64,000 bases of DNA from Candidatus Woesearchaeota archaeon (lineage in GTDB: Archaea > Nanobdellota > Nanobdellia > Woesearchaeales > JACPBO01), in the NCBI GenBank assembly GCA_030651135.1, contig JAUSCS010000006.1, forward strand, positions 522,160-586,159, given 5' to 3'. Numbering within the stretch: the stretch's first letter is position 1; every line of letters begins with the position of its first letter. Under the pieces are notes generated by a model. It searched no databases and was not told the origin of the DNA. It saw only the letters and a list, made by a program, of their open reading frames with translations. The translations under genes and the position numbers were made by a program. Positions 1 to 8,979 of this stretch are shown one piece after another.

Positions 1-620
1 ATTGGGAAGGCGAATTCCTTCGGAATAAACTTGACTTCAACTAAATCAGCTGTATTTTTGATCTCATTTCCCCTTTCTCTGTTATCCTCTGAAAACAGCA
101 TTTTAATGGGTATCTTATTTTCTGCCCTTATTTTATGCCACCTCGGAAAGTAATATTTATAGAAATACCTTACTTTTTCTACAAGCTGGGTAGAAGCGCC
201 AAAAACAAAGATTTCCTGCTTTATCTTCAGTATTTCATCCAAAGCAGACATCACGCCCTTGACCCCTTTATAAATAACCGCTTCCTGCCTTTCTTCCCCT
301 ATTTTTCTGAGCTTTTCAATATCAGGCAGAATCTTCCTGGAAAGCTCTATTTTCTCTTTAAGCTCTTTTTCCTGCTTTTCGAGCATGGTTTTTATAAAAT
401 CAGGAGAGGCAGCTTCAAAGTATTTTCTGTTGGCTTTGATTACGAAAACAGCAAGCCCTTTTTCGATCAATCTTGACAAGTTGTCATAAACTATATTTCT
501 GTGCAGCTTTGTTTTTTCGATTATTGAACCAACAGAAACAGAGCCAAGTGTCAGCAATGCAAGATAAACTGTTGACTCATTCTTCGTAAAGCCAAGCTTT
601 TCAAGATCAGCTATGTCCAT
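1..620 (-). CDS. TrmB-family transcriptional regulator (runs off the left edge; not in the ORF track)
   Basis: Reverse translation from the ATG at 620 gives MDIADLEKLGFTKNESTVYLALLTLGSVSVGSIIEKTKLHRNIVYDNLSRLIEKG, a TrmB wHTH similar to three other copies in the window. Confidence 0.85.
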   Translation of the reverse strand, partial: MDIADLEKLGFTKNESTVYLALLTLGSVSVGSIIEKTKLHRNIVYDNLSRLIEKGLAVFVIKANRKYFEAASPDFIKTMLEKQEKELKEKIELSRKILPDIEKLRKIGEERQEAVIYKGVKGVMSALDEILKIKQEIFVFGASTQLVEKVRYFYKYYFPRWHKIRAENKIPIKMLFSEDNRERGNEIKNTADLVEVKFIPKEFAFP

Positions 621-664
621 AAGGAGATCAATCAACAGCTCTTTTTAAGCTTTTCTATATTGCT

Positions 665-678
665 ACCATACATATGGT
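665..678. promoter_or_regulatory. Palindrome ACCATA-CA-TATGGT between divergent TATA boxes; candidate TrmB operator
   Basis: Inverted repeat in the intergenic region between the TrmB gene and ORF 772. Confidence 0.4.
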
Positions 679-771
679 GACAAAGATTTATATAGTTGGT
701 ATATCACTACTATATCATAATAAATAAGATAAAAGTCGAGTGGACTTAAATCAATCAAGGAGGTAAATAAA

Positions 772-1569
772 ATGGAAAATCAAACAAAAATGGAAACAAA
801 AAAACCCTTGGAGATACTGGTAATAGAAGATACCCCAGAATTTATGGAAGTAGCTAAATCAGTTTATGATAATGACACGAACATTATTCCAAGATATGCT
901 TCAACATATGAAGAGGCAATAAAAATATTAAAGGAGACTGAGGTGCAGTGTGTTATTTCAGATTTATTCTTTCCTTCACAAATTGATTGGAAGGGAAAAT
1001 ATGCTGGTGAAATAGAAGAAAATAGAAACTCTTTCGTAAAAGAACAAAGGGAATTGCTTTTAACAAAGTATTCAGAAGAGGAAATTAAACAAGCAGAAGA
1101 ACAAGTTAAGCAGGGGTTAAAGCCGAAAAATCCCTTTAATTTCGGATCACCAAGAGTGCAGCTAAGTCCTGCGTACGATTTTATAGAATTGATAGAACAA
1201 CAAATCCAACGTACCAGTGAATATCAGGGCCTCCAAGAAAATCCAGCAGGATTGGGGATCGCGTCATATTGCTTGAAAAATCAAGTTCCTTTTGGAATCA
1301 TAAGCCAAGGAGAAAGGCACAGAGGAAATCTAGCTATTGTTAGACAAGCTGTACAAGAAGTCAAAGAATTTAGGAATGTAAATAATGATTTCCTACCATA
1401 CGTTCTTTTTTGCTCGAGTGATTCAAATGGTGAAATGGATAAAAGAAACCCGCAGATATGGAGAGACGCTATTTATGGGGAAGGCAGTCTTTTTGGACCC
1501 TCGCGTCAAAAAATTTTAAAAGATATGTTTGACGCTTATGAACAATTAGAAGAAAAATTAGCAAAATAA
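772..1569 (+). CDS. Protein with an N-terminal response-regulator receiver-like domain
   Basis: ILVIEDTP...A...EEAIKIL...CVISDLFFP receiver signature; GGAGG Shine-Dalgarno upstream. Confidence 0.65.
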   Translation: MENQTKMETKKPLEILVIEDTPEFMEVAKSVYDNDTNIIPRYASTYEEAIKILKETEVQCVISDLFFPSQIDWKGKYAGEIEENRNSFVKEQRELLLTKYSEEEIKQAEEQVKQGLKPKNPFNFGSPRVQLSPAYDFIELIEQQIQRTSEYQGLQENPAGLGIASYCLKNQVPFGIISQGERHRGNLAIVRQAVQEVKEFRNVNNDFLPYVLFCSSDSNGEMDKRNPQIWRDAIYGEGSLFGPSRQKILKDMFDAYEQLEEKLAK

Positions 1570-1593
1570 AAAGGATAAAAAAGAAAGGAGGAA

Positions 1594-2049
1594 ATGAAAA
1601 TGGAAAACAAAATATCGTTGGAACAATTTGAAAGTGAACTTGGAATTTTAGACCAAAAGGAGAGTGTTGATAGGATTAGCACTCTTTTCGAGAAGGTTAG
1701 TCTAGAATCCTTACTTGACGCTTTTAAATCTGCAGAATCTGCATGGATTCAGGAAGGTACCCACGAGATGGGCTTTTCATATAAACAGGTAGTCGCAGCA
1801 AAGAAGGTAGGAAATGCTCTATATTATTTTGAAGTTAAGAAAAATGATGACCCAAATGATGACTCTATTGATATTACGAGAGATGAATCTAAAAGACAAC
1901 CTACATACGACTCCCCCGTATTTGGACCGCAAGTATCTGCGAATAAAGATATCGCGGAACGACTTGTTAGCTATGGAAAATCTTTACTTTGGGAGAATGG
2001 CGAGCTGGAGCATGAACAGATGGGTAGGCGTGTCTACAGAATCAGATAA
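1594..2049 (+). CDS. Hypothetical protein
   Basis: 151-aa ORF with GGAGG SD, co-oriented in an apparent operon. Confidence 0.65.
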   Translation: MKMENKISLEQFESELGILDQKESVDRISTLFEKVSLESLLDAFKSAESAWIQEGTHEMGFSYKQVVAAKKVGNALYYFEVKKNDDPNDDSIDITRDESKRQPTYDSPVFGPQVSANKDIAERLVSYGKSLLWENGELEHEQMGRRVYRIR

Positions 2050-2116
2050 ATTGTGCCGGTCATCGGAACAAACTTAATTTTTTTTATTTTTTTAAATTAA
2101 ATCAAACAAGGAAATA

Positions 2117-3106
2117 ATGAAAATGTCAAATAAAAAGATACTTCGTGGGCTGCCTGCTCAATTAGAGGCAGAGAAGAAACTAGGAGAATCCGAGTTAGAT
2201 TATCTTCTCTTCAATCTCCCTTATGCATGTAATCTTAAATGCCCGAAATGTTTTGTAGGAGATAATAAAACAGCCTTACATCTAAGCTTAGATGAAAGAA
2301 TGAGGGTTATGCGAGAGGCAAAAGAGCTTGGCGCAAGAGTTGTTGTAATACCTGGTGAAGGCGAGCCATTGATCGCACCGGCAATAAAAAAAATAGCGAG
2401 CTACAGATATGGTTTAGGGTTAACGGCTGTTGTTTTTACAAATGCTACAATGTTAAATGAAGATTTTGCGCATTTTGCAAAAGATACCGATATTTCATTT
2501 ATAGTCAGTTTGGATTCTTTAGATAAGGGCGCATATGGGTTTTTGACAGGCAGAAAAGACTTTTTCGATGAAACAATAAAGAATATTGAAAGATGCCGCT
2601 CAATTTATGCTGATGAGAATAGCTCCACGCCAAATGGCGATAAAGTTGTAAGACTAGCAGTAAATACTGTTGTAACGAAACAAAATAAAGATGAAATAAG
2701 CAAAATTAAGGATTGGTGTGGTGATGATATGGTGTTTATATGTAATTCTCCTGTAAAAGAAGGAAGAGCAGCACAGTATTGGAAAGAACTTGCTGGGACT
2801 GAAGAAGAATATCGGGAATTAAAACAAGTTGCATTGAAAAATTCAGAAACACATGGGCCAACTTCTGCCTGTTCTGATGGAAAGTGCGCATATCTTTATT
2901 ATGGGCTTACGATAGGAACAGATGGCGATGTTCTTATATGCCCTGACGCAAGAGAAACAAGAGGGTTGATAGGAAATGTTAAAGAAGCCAGCCTCAGAGA
3001 ACTGAATAAAAAGCACAAACAACATCTGAAAGCGTTTTTTGAAGAATGTGGTTATGGGCCCTGTATTGTAAGGCATCCAAAATATAAGGGAGTCGTTAGC
3101 AAATAA
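2117..3106 (+). CDS. Radical SAM protein with C-terminal Twitch/SPASM-like Cys region
   Basis: CNLKCPKC, GEGEP, C-terminal CAYL...DGDVLIC; paralogue of 42670..43671. Confidence 0.85.
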   Translation: MKMSNKKILRGLPAQLEAEKKLGESELDYLLFNLPYACNLKCPKCFVGDNKTALHLSLDERMRVMREAKELGARVVVIPGEGEPLIAPAIKKIASYRYGLGLTAVVFTNATMLNEDFAHFAKDTDISFIVSLDSLDKGAYGFLTGRKDFFDETIKNIERCRSIYADENSSTPNGDKVVRLAVNTVVTKQNKDEISKIKDWCGDDMVFICNSPVKEGRAAQYWKELAGTEEEYRELKQVALKNSETHGPTSACSDGKCAYLYYGLTIGTDGDVLICPDARETRGLIGNVKEASLRELNKKHKQHLKAFFEECGYGPCIVRHPKYKGVVSK

Positions 3107-3218
3107 GATGTTATTAGGTATACCGTCTTGTACCCCTTTACAGGATCATATTTTACACTCAAAAAACAAAATCTTTATATAGTAGTTTATACTACACTTA
3201 TGTAGTAGGATTGATAAT

Positions 3219-3428
3219 ATGGTTTATTTCACAGATATAGAGCCAACTGATCATTATCTTGAGGAACATGAGAAAGATGTTCCATGGGACAAGGTTGTAG
3301 AGATTATATTTACCACAAAAAATCCAAGAAAGAAAGGATATAATTATGAGATTGAAAAAGACGGCTATTATATCCTGTTTGAAATGAAAGATAACATTTT
3401 GTATGTGATAAATGCCAAGAAAGAATAA
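3219..3428 (+). CDS. Small putative toxin (BrnT/DUF4258/RelE-like fold)
   Basis: 69 aa with TDHY...YVINAK pattern, directly upstream of a Zn-ribbon/AbrB gene; palindrome TACTACA-CTTA-TGTAGTA over the promoter. Confidence 0.5.
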   Translation: MVYFTDIEPTDHYLEEHEKDVPWDKVVEIIFTTKNPRKKGYNYEIEKDGYYILFEMKDNILYVINAKKE

Positions 3429-3439
3429 AAGGTGAAAAA

Positions 3440-3775
3440 ATGAAGTGCCCAAAATGCGATTCGAATTTAAATAAGGTAGAGGTCAAAGTACATGGAGCTC
3501 AAAGCAAAGCAATCAGTTATCAGTGCCCAAAATGCGATTATTTCGAGTTTGATCCTATTTCTTCTGCTCAAGTAGTTGAAGAACTGAGGGAAACTCCTTT
3601 AAAAATAAAGCAAAAGATTGTAAAGCTATCTCAGGATAGATTAGGCATCTACTTTAACAGCCATGTAGTAAGAAGCTTAAATATGAAAAAAGGAGAGGAA
3701 ATCTACGTATCTGTTCCAGATAAGAAGCACATACTTCTTGAACTAAAGGCTCCAGAAATCCCGGGCAATAATTGA
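3440..3775 (+). CDS. Zn-ribbon plus AbrB/MazE-like DNA-binding protein (putative antitoxin)
   Basis: CPKC...CPKC followed by a swapped-hairpin motif (LGIYFNSHVVRSLNMKKGEEI). Confidence 0.6.
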   Translation: MKCPKCDSNLNKVEVKVHGAQSKAISYQCPKCDYFEFDPISSAQVVEELRETPLKIKQKIVKLSQDRLGIYFNSHVVRSLNMKKGEEIYVSVPDKKHILLELKAPEIPGNN

Positions 3776-3788
3776 ATAAAAAAGAATC

Positions 3789-4211
3789 CTATTTCTTCTG
3801 CTCTGCCTGCTCAGAAACCTTTGGAAGCGGTATGGGAGGCGGAAGGTTGATCTCTCTGCTCAGGATCAAGGCTTCTATGTTGCATCTCAGCAAGATGCTG
3901 TTCAGCACTTCAGCCATGATCTCCTTTGAAACATTCTTGCTCTTCTTCCATTCCTTGATGATTTCCTTCAGCTTTTTATCATCATCAATATAGATAATCT
4001 CTCCATTAAGCTCTATTTTTCCTATGTCGGGATCGTATTTAGAATCAAACTTGAACGAGAACTTAAGCCCTTTTTCATCAGCCTTGCCAAATGCCAGGTC
4101 AGTCTCTTCTATGTTCGTTATGTTTACATTGTTCGATATGTTTATCTGCCCTACTGCAGGCTGCTTTCTCTCAACTTCTATTTTTGTAAAATTAAATCCG
4201 ATCATTGTCAT
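3789..4211 (-). CDS. Conserved hypothetical archaeal protein
   Basis: ORF with IGFNFTKIEVER...LPPPIPLP; TATA box upstream; start uncertain (4223 TTG or 4211 ATG). Confidence 0.7.
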   Translation of the reverse strand: MTMIGFNFTKIEVERKQPAVGQINISNNVNITNIEETDLAFGKADEKGLKFSFKFDSKYDPDIGKIELNGEIIYIDDDKKLKEIIKEWKKSKNVSKEIMAEVLNSILLRCNIEALILSREINLPPPIPLPKVSEQAEQKK

Positions 4212-4303
4212 AAATATCACCAATGCTTAATATTTTAGGATTTTATATAAAGCTTTCGGATTTTTCAGTTAATTTTATAAATAACCCTGTTTTCCCATAC
4301 TGC

Positions 4304-4342
4304 ATGACATTATCCGATACAGTAAGGCAGTCCGGATCGTAG
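4304..4342 (+). promoter_or_regulatory. Candidate leader uORF (MTLSDTVRQSGS*) and hairpin-plus-U-tract leader of the dhs operon
   Basis: ATG about 21 nt after the TTTATAAATA box; ATCCG/CGGAT and GAC/GTC stems followed by TTTTT. Confidence 0.35.
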
Positions 4343-4411
4343 TCTTTTTCTTAGTTATATTTTTATTATTTTAGTTTAAATGTCAATATAAACATCAATT
4401 TGGAGGCCAAT

Positions 4412-5353
4412 ATGGAGTCTATAAAGGATCTTATCTGGAAAAGGGGAATTTCAACAAAAGATTTTGTGGATAAAATCGGGAAAGTAGGGTTTCAGAGCAT
4501 TGAGCTAGGCAAAGCTTCAAATCTTATAGTCAAGATGAAGAAAGACAGCGCAAAGATATTCCTGACATTCACATCAAATATGGTTACATCTGGATTGAGG
4601 GGATTCTTTGCTCAGTTAATAAAATTAAAAATGGCAGACATTATAGTAACAACAGTCGGCAGCATTGAAGAAGACATTATGAAAGCATTGGGTGAAAAAT
4701 TCCTTATCGGCACTTTCGATTTGGATGATGTTGAACTGCATGAAAAAGGAATGAACAGGGTTGGAAATCTGCTTGTTTCAAATGAAAGCTACTGCAGGTT
4801 TGAAGATGCCATAATGCCAATACTGGATCAGCTCTACAAAAAGAAGCCAAGGTACGCTGTATCAGAAATGTTAAAAGAAATTGGCTTGCTGTTAAACGAT
4901 GAAAATTCAATACTTTATCAGGCTGCAAAAAACAATGTTCCGATATTCTGCCCTGCAATTACAGACGGCGCATTTGGCTTTCATTTATACTTATTCCAGC
5001 AGAAGCACAAAGACTTCATAGTTGATGTTGTGGAAGACTTCAAAAACATACTGTTGAGCACAACCCATGATGAAAAGAAAGGGGTCATCTGCTTAGGCGG
5101 CGGAATTTCAAAGCACCATGCAATTTTGTCTGTTTTGCTGAATGGCGGAGCAGAATATGCGTTATACATGACAACTGCAAGAGAAAGCTCTGGCAGCATG
5201 AGCGGCGCAACAACAAGGGAAGCAAAAAGCTGGGGCAAGATAAAAGATGATTCTGACGCCGTAACTGTTATTGGAGACGTAAGCATAAACTTTCCATTGG
5301 CAATGATCGCAGCTTTGGAAACATTGTCTGAAGAAGGGTTCATCAATGAATAA
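4412..5353 (+). CDS. dys: Deoxyhypusine synthase (DHS family)
   Basis: TSNMVTSGLR, NRVGN, GGGISKH, GSMSGA..EAKSWGK with the catalytic Lys. Confidence 0.92.
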   Translation: MESIKDLIWKRGISTKDFVDKIGKVGFQSIELGKASNLIVKMKKDSAKIFLTFTSNMVTSGLRGFFAQLIKLKMADIIVTTVGSIEEDIMKALGEKFLIGTFDLDDVELHEKGMNRVGNLLVSNESYCRFEDAIMPILDQLYKKKPRYAVSEMLKEIGLLLNDENSILYQAAKNNVPIFCPAITDGAFGFHLYLFQQKHKDFIVDVVEDFKNILLSTTHDEKKGVICLGGGISKHHAILSVLLNGGAEYALYMTTARESSGSMSGATTREAKSWGKIKDDSDAVTVIGDVSINFPLAMIAALETLSEEGFINE

Positions 5354-6374
5354 GGCAAGGTTTGTATTAAGCAGATCAAAAGTAATCGAGCAGTATAATA
5401 AATTAAAAGCTATTGATGCAGATATTTCCTACAGCTTTAAAACCAATGAAGAAGTCGGCAAAGTGCTGGAAGAAGAAACAGGCTGCTTGTTCAGCGTTCA
5501 TTTTGAGAATGACCTGCCTTTCCTGAAAGATAAAAGCAGGGTTATATTCTTAGCGCAGGGCTTGAATGAAGAGCAGTTAAACAGGCTTTTTAGTTTTGGA
5601 ATAAACAAGTTCGTAGTTGATAATTTAGTTGATTTGGATACTTTAACAAGATATATTGAAAAAAACAACAAAAAAATTCTCTTATTGCTTAGAATGAAAT
5701 TAAAGGAAAATACAATCCACACTGGCAAATACTTTGTTTTTGGAATGGAATCAAAATTAATAAATGAAAAAATCATTGAATTGAAAAACAATAAAAATAT
5801 AGAAAAAATTGGAATTCATGTTCACAGAAAAACCCAGAATGTAAGCGAATGGTCTTTGAAGTATGAACTGAGCGAGGCATTAGACGAAAAAACATTGAAA
5901 CTGCTTGATATCGTCTGCATTGGCGGCGGAATTCCTGGAAATTACAAGAATGTGAGCGATAAAAGCATTGAATATGTCTTTAATAAGATCGCTGAAGTTA
6001 AAGAATGGCTGAGCTCTTACAACATAAAAACCCTTATTGAGCCGGGAAGGTTTCTTGCAGCCTACCCTGTAACTTTGGAAACTGAGATAATAAACATTGT
6101 TGGCAATACGATCATTGTAAACTGCTCTGTATATAACAGCGCAATGGACACAATCATTGTTCCGATCAAGCTGCTTGTAAAGGGCGAATTGGAAGGCGGA
6201 GAAGCATACACTATAAAGGGCTACACACCCTGCTCATTGGATATTTTCAGGTATAAGGTTTTCCTTAAAAACCCAAAGATTGGAGACAAAATAATCTTCC
6301 TTAATGCAGGAGCATATAACTTCTCAACAGATTTCTGCAATCTGGAGAAATTAGAAACAATAATTGTGGATTAG
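5346..6374 (+). CDS. PLP-dependent fold-type III decarboxylase (ornithine/diaminopimelate/carboxynorspermidine family)
   Basis: YSFKTN (PLP Lys), IGGG, EPGRF, GYTPCSLD, AGAY. Confidence 0.85.
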   Translation: MNKARFVLSRSKVIEQYNKLKAIDADISYSFKTNEEVGKVLEEETGCLFSVHFENDLPFLKDKSRVIFLAQGLNEEQLNRLFSFGINKFVVDNLVDLDTLTRYIEKNNKKILLLLRMKLKENTIHTGKYFVFGMESKLINEKIIELKNNKNIEKIGIHVHRKTQNVSEWSLKYELSEALDEKTLKLLDIVCIGGGIPGNYKNVSDKSIEYVFNKIAEVKEWLSSYNIKTLIEPGRFLAAYPVTLETEIINIVGNTIIVNCSVYNSAMDTIIVPIKLLVKGELEGGEAYTIKGYTPCSLDIFRYKVFLKNPKIGDKIIFLNAGAYNFSTDFCNLEKLETIIVD

Positions 6375-6625
6375 ATTTTAAGTTTAGCTAAAGACCTTTC
6401 CAAATTCTTTCTTGCTTGAGCTTCATATTTTTGTCTGAAAAATTCAATTAAATAAATATTTGGCCTATCAAAAAATCCTTCGAGGATAGTGGCTCTTCCA
6501 GCTTTAAACACTTCTTCTGGAACCCAGTCGTATTCTCTTCTTATTTTTTCTGTATTCTTGCTGAATTCTTCAAAACTTTTTCCAAAATAAGATAAATCAA
6601 TATCAACTAAAAATCTACTGTCCAA
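6371..6625 (-). pseudogene. C-terminal fragment of a predicted HD-superfamily phosphohydrolase
   Basis: DIDLSYFG...IRREY...F..GRATILEGF...E.QARKNL is the C-terminal half; the N-terminal HD part is missing. Confidence 0.6.
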
Positions 6626-6650
6626 ATCCCTTGTAAATTATTCTCTTTGT

Positions 6651-7787
6651 TCATTTTACATTCAATTCATTAATTATGCTTTCAAAAACTTGGTTTATTT
6701 CTTTTGCATCGGAATTATCAGAATTATTAATTACCCAAATTTTACCTTGATTTTCCTCGTTAATTTTCTCTTGCAATTTATTTCTTTTTTGGTCAAATGT
6801 ATGCTGACTAGCAAGCCTCCTTTTAATTTGTTCAGCTGTAAGATCTTTTGACCTTAACCTTTTATTTTGTGTTGCTTTATCTACATTTAAAAAAACCACA
6901 TTATTATTGCATAAATAGGCCATCTCAGATTCAGCAATAAGTGCGGCATTCAATAATATTAGCCCTCTTTTGCCGTACAGCCCTCTTCTTAGCCTAACTA
7001 ATATGGGGGTGTACATTATTTCATTTAGTTTTTTTAATTGTTCTGTATCATTAAAAACAAGCTCACCAAGAATCTTTCTATCTATTGCTCCATCTGGGAG
7101 CCTCACACTATTTCCAAATGTTTTTGCAATGTTCTCCCTTATTTCCTCATACACAGATTCTTTTAGTTCGCCTAAAATCTGATGCCCTATGTCGTCTAAT
7201 TCAATATTATGTACAGAAATTCCTCTTTCTTTACCTAATTCCTCAAATTTCCTGCCGATATAAGATTTTCCTGATGATGGTTCTCCAGTAATACCGACAA
7301 TATACTGCCCCAACATCTTAGCTTCCAACCATTGCTTTACATAGAGAGGAACAAACTCATGCACTAGCCCCTGTTCTTTTTGCATCGCCTTAACAGAAGT
7401 AGAACTGATATGATTGAGTTCTGGCCTTGCAAACATTATGAAAGTATCGATGCCTAATTTTTGGCTTTCTCCGCATTGATGCTGGAGTTTTTCATAGTCA
7501 AAATCTAATGCAGTCCTTACCCCTTTAACAATCACCGGGATGGAATTTTCATAAGCATAATCAACTAAAAGTCCTGGAAATGCAACAACACTTACATTTT
7601 TTATTTTCTCTAGTGATTTCCTAACCATATCCATTCTTTCTTCTAAACTAAAAAGGGTTTGCTTGTTTGCATTTACACCTATTCCGACAACTAGTTCATC
7701 GAATACATTCGCAGATCTTCTTATTATATCTATATGCCCATAATGAATCGGATCTGCTGAAAATGCATAAATTGCTTTCTTCATCAT
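6651..7787 (-). CDS. coaD: Bacterial-type phosphopantetheine adenylyltransferase fused to dephospho-CoA kinase (CoaD-CoaE)
   Basis: N-terminal ADPIHYGH, KGVR, ISSTSVK; C-terminal GITGEPSSGKS, IDRKILGELVF. Confidence 0.88.
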   Translation of the reverse strand: MMKKAIYAFSADPIHYGHIDIIRRSANVFDELVVGIGVNANKQTLFSLEERMDMVRKSLEKIKNVSVVAFPGLLVDYAYENSIPVIVKGVRTALDFDYEKLQHQCGESQKLGIDTFIMFARPELNHISSTSVKAMQKEQGLVHEFVPLYVKQWLEAKMLGQYIVGITGEPSSGKSYIGRKFEELGKERGISVHNIELDDIGHQILGELKESVYEEIRENIAKTFGNSVRLPDGAIDRKILGELVFNDTEQLKKLNEIMYTPILVRLRRGLYGKRGLILLNAALIAESEMAYLCNNNVVFLNVDKATQNKRLRSKDLTAEQIKRRLASQHTFDQKRNKLQEKINEENQGKIWVINNSDNSDAKEINQVFESIINELNVK

Positions 7788-7890
7788 ATGGGGTCACTAC
7801 TTAATAGGTTATAAACTTTTCCTTTTTATGTCACCATTAACAAAATCTGAATTAGCAACTTTTAAATACATATCTTGCTAAATCAGCATT

Positions 7891-8136
7891 ATGCAAAAAA
7901 GAGACTATATTTTGATCGCAATTATTTTGCTTGCCATTATCCTGGCTTCGTCCTTTTTATTTAATTATGCAAGATCCAACATAGGAAAGGCATTCCTCAG
8001 CAATCCGCAGGGGTTTGTTTCAAGCGCTTCAACATTGGTTATGGTTGGGATAATTGCAGTATTTTTCATAATATTCATTGCTGCATTGATTTTCAGCAAA
8101 GCAGGCAAAATAAAAGAGCCAAACAACAAAATATAA
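7891..8136 (+). CDS. Small membrane protein (2 TM)
   Basis: Two hydrophobic segments; TATA box about 25 nt upstream. Confidence 0.6.
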   Translation: MQKRDYILIAIILLAIILASSFLFNYARSNIGKAFLSNPQGFVSSASTLVMVGIIAVFFIIFIAALIFSKAGKIKEPNNKI

Positions 8137-8162
8137 AAACAAAACTTCTTTTTCATCCATTT

Positions 8163-8957
8163 ATGATACTAGTTGACGTGCACGCGCATCTTGACCATCA
8201 TAAGTTTGAAAACAATCTGGGCAATGTTATAGAGAATTCCAGAAAAGCAGGGGTTAAAGCTATAATAACATCCGGCATAAACAGAAAAACCAACAGATTA
8301 ATCTTGGAAATAGCAAAAAAATACCCCGATATTGTAAAGTGCTCCTTCGGCCTGTATCCGATAGATGCATTGGATAAAGAGATCGAGGCAGATCCTAAAA
8401 CATTTGTCAGGGATATTGAGCCGCTAAATGTTGACGAGGAGCTTTTATGGATAGAAAAAAACAAGGACAAATGCGTTGCAATCGGAGAGTGCGGACTTGA
8501 TTTTCATTGGGTTCAGGGAAAGAATGAAGAGCAGAAAAAGGCTTTTCAGAAAATAATCGCAGTAGTTGAAAAAATAAAAAAACCGATAATAGTCCATTCA
8601 AGGAAAGCAGAGCTGGAAGCCATTGAAATGCTGGAAAGCTCTAAAATAAAAAACATTGTAATGCACTGCTTCTCAGGCAGCAAAAAGCTGATAAAAAGAG
8701 CAGCTGACAACGGCTGGAGCTTTTCAATTCCTCCCATTATTGTAAGATTGCAGCATTTCCAATTGTTAACAGAAATGGTCAATATAAATCAGTTATTGAC
8801 AGAAACAGATGCTCCTTATCTCTCGCCTTATCCGGACAAGATAAATGAGCCTGCTTTTGTGATTGAAACAATAAAAAAGATCGCTGAGATCAAGGGCTTT
8901 GATGTCGAGGAAACAGCAAACAGCATTTATTTGAATTATAAGAGAATGTTCGAATGA
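8163..8957 (+). CDS. tatD: TatD-family DNase
   Basis: DVHAH, GECGLD, HSRKA, HCFSG, ETDAPYL. Confidence 0.93.
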   Translation: MILVDVHAHLDHHKFENNLGNVIENSRKAGVKAIITSGINRKTNRLILEIAKKYPDIVKCSFGLYPIDALDKEIEADPKTFVRDIEPLNVDEELLWIEKNKDKCVAIGECGLDFHWVQGKNEEQKKAFQKIIAVVEKIKKPIIVHSRKAELEAIEMLESSKIKNIVMHCFSGSKKLIKRAADNGWSFSIPPIIVRLQHFQLLTEMVNINQLLTETDAPYLSPYPDKINEPAFVIETIKKIAEIKGFDVEETANSIYLNYKRMFE

Positions 8958-8979
8958 TTGCCAAATAATTTAAAATTGA

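Noticed and set aside
135-476. 113-aa plus-strand ORF
   Set aside because: Antisense shadow of the TrmB gene (1..620, minus strand); the many other short antisense ORFs in the track are rejected for the same reason
2117-3106. Prokaryotic viperin-like antiviral radical SAM enzyme
   Set aside because: Lacks the viperin-type N.H....CNY.C.FCF context and has a Cys-containing Twitch-like tail; not supportable by eye
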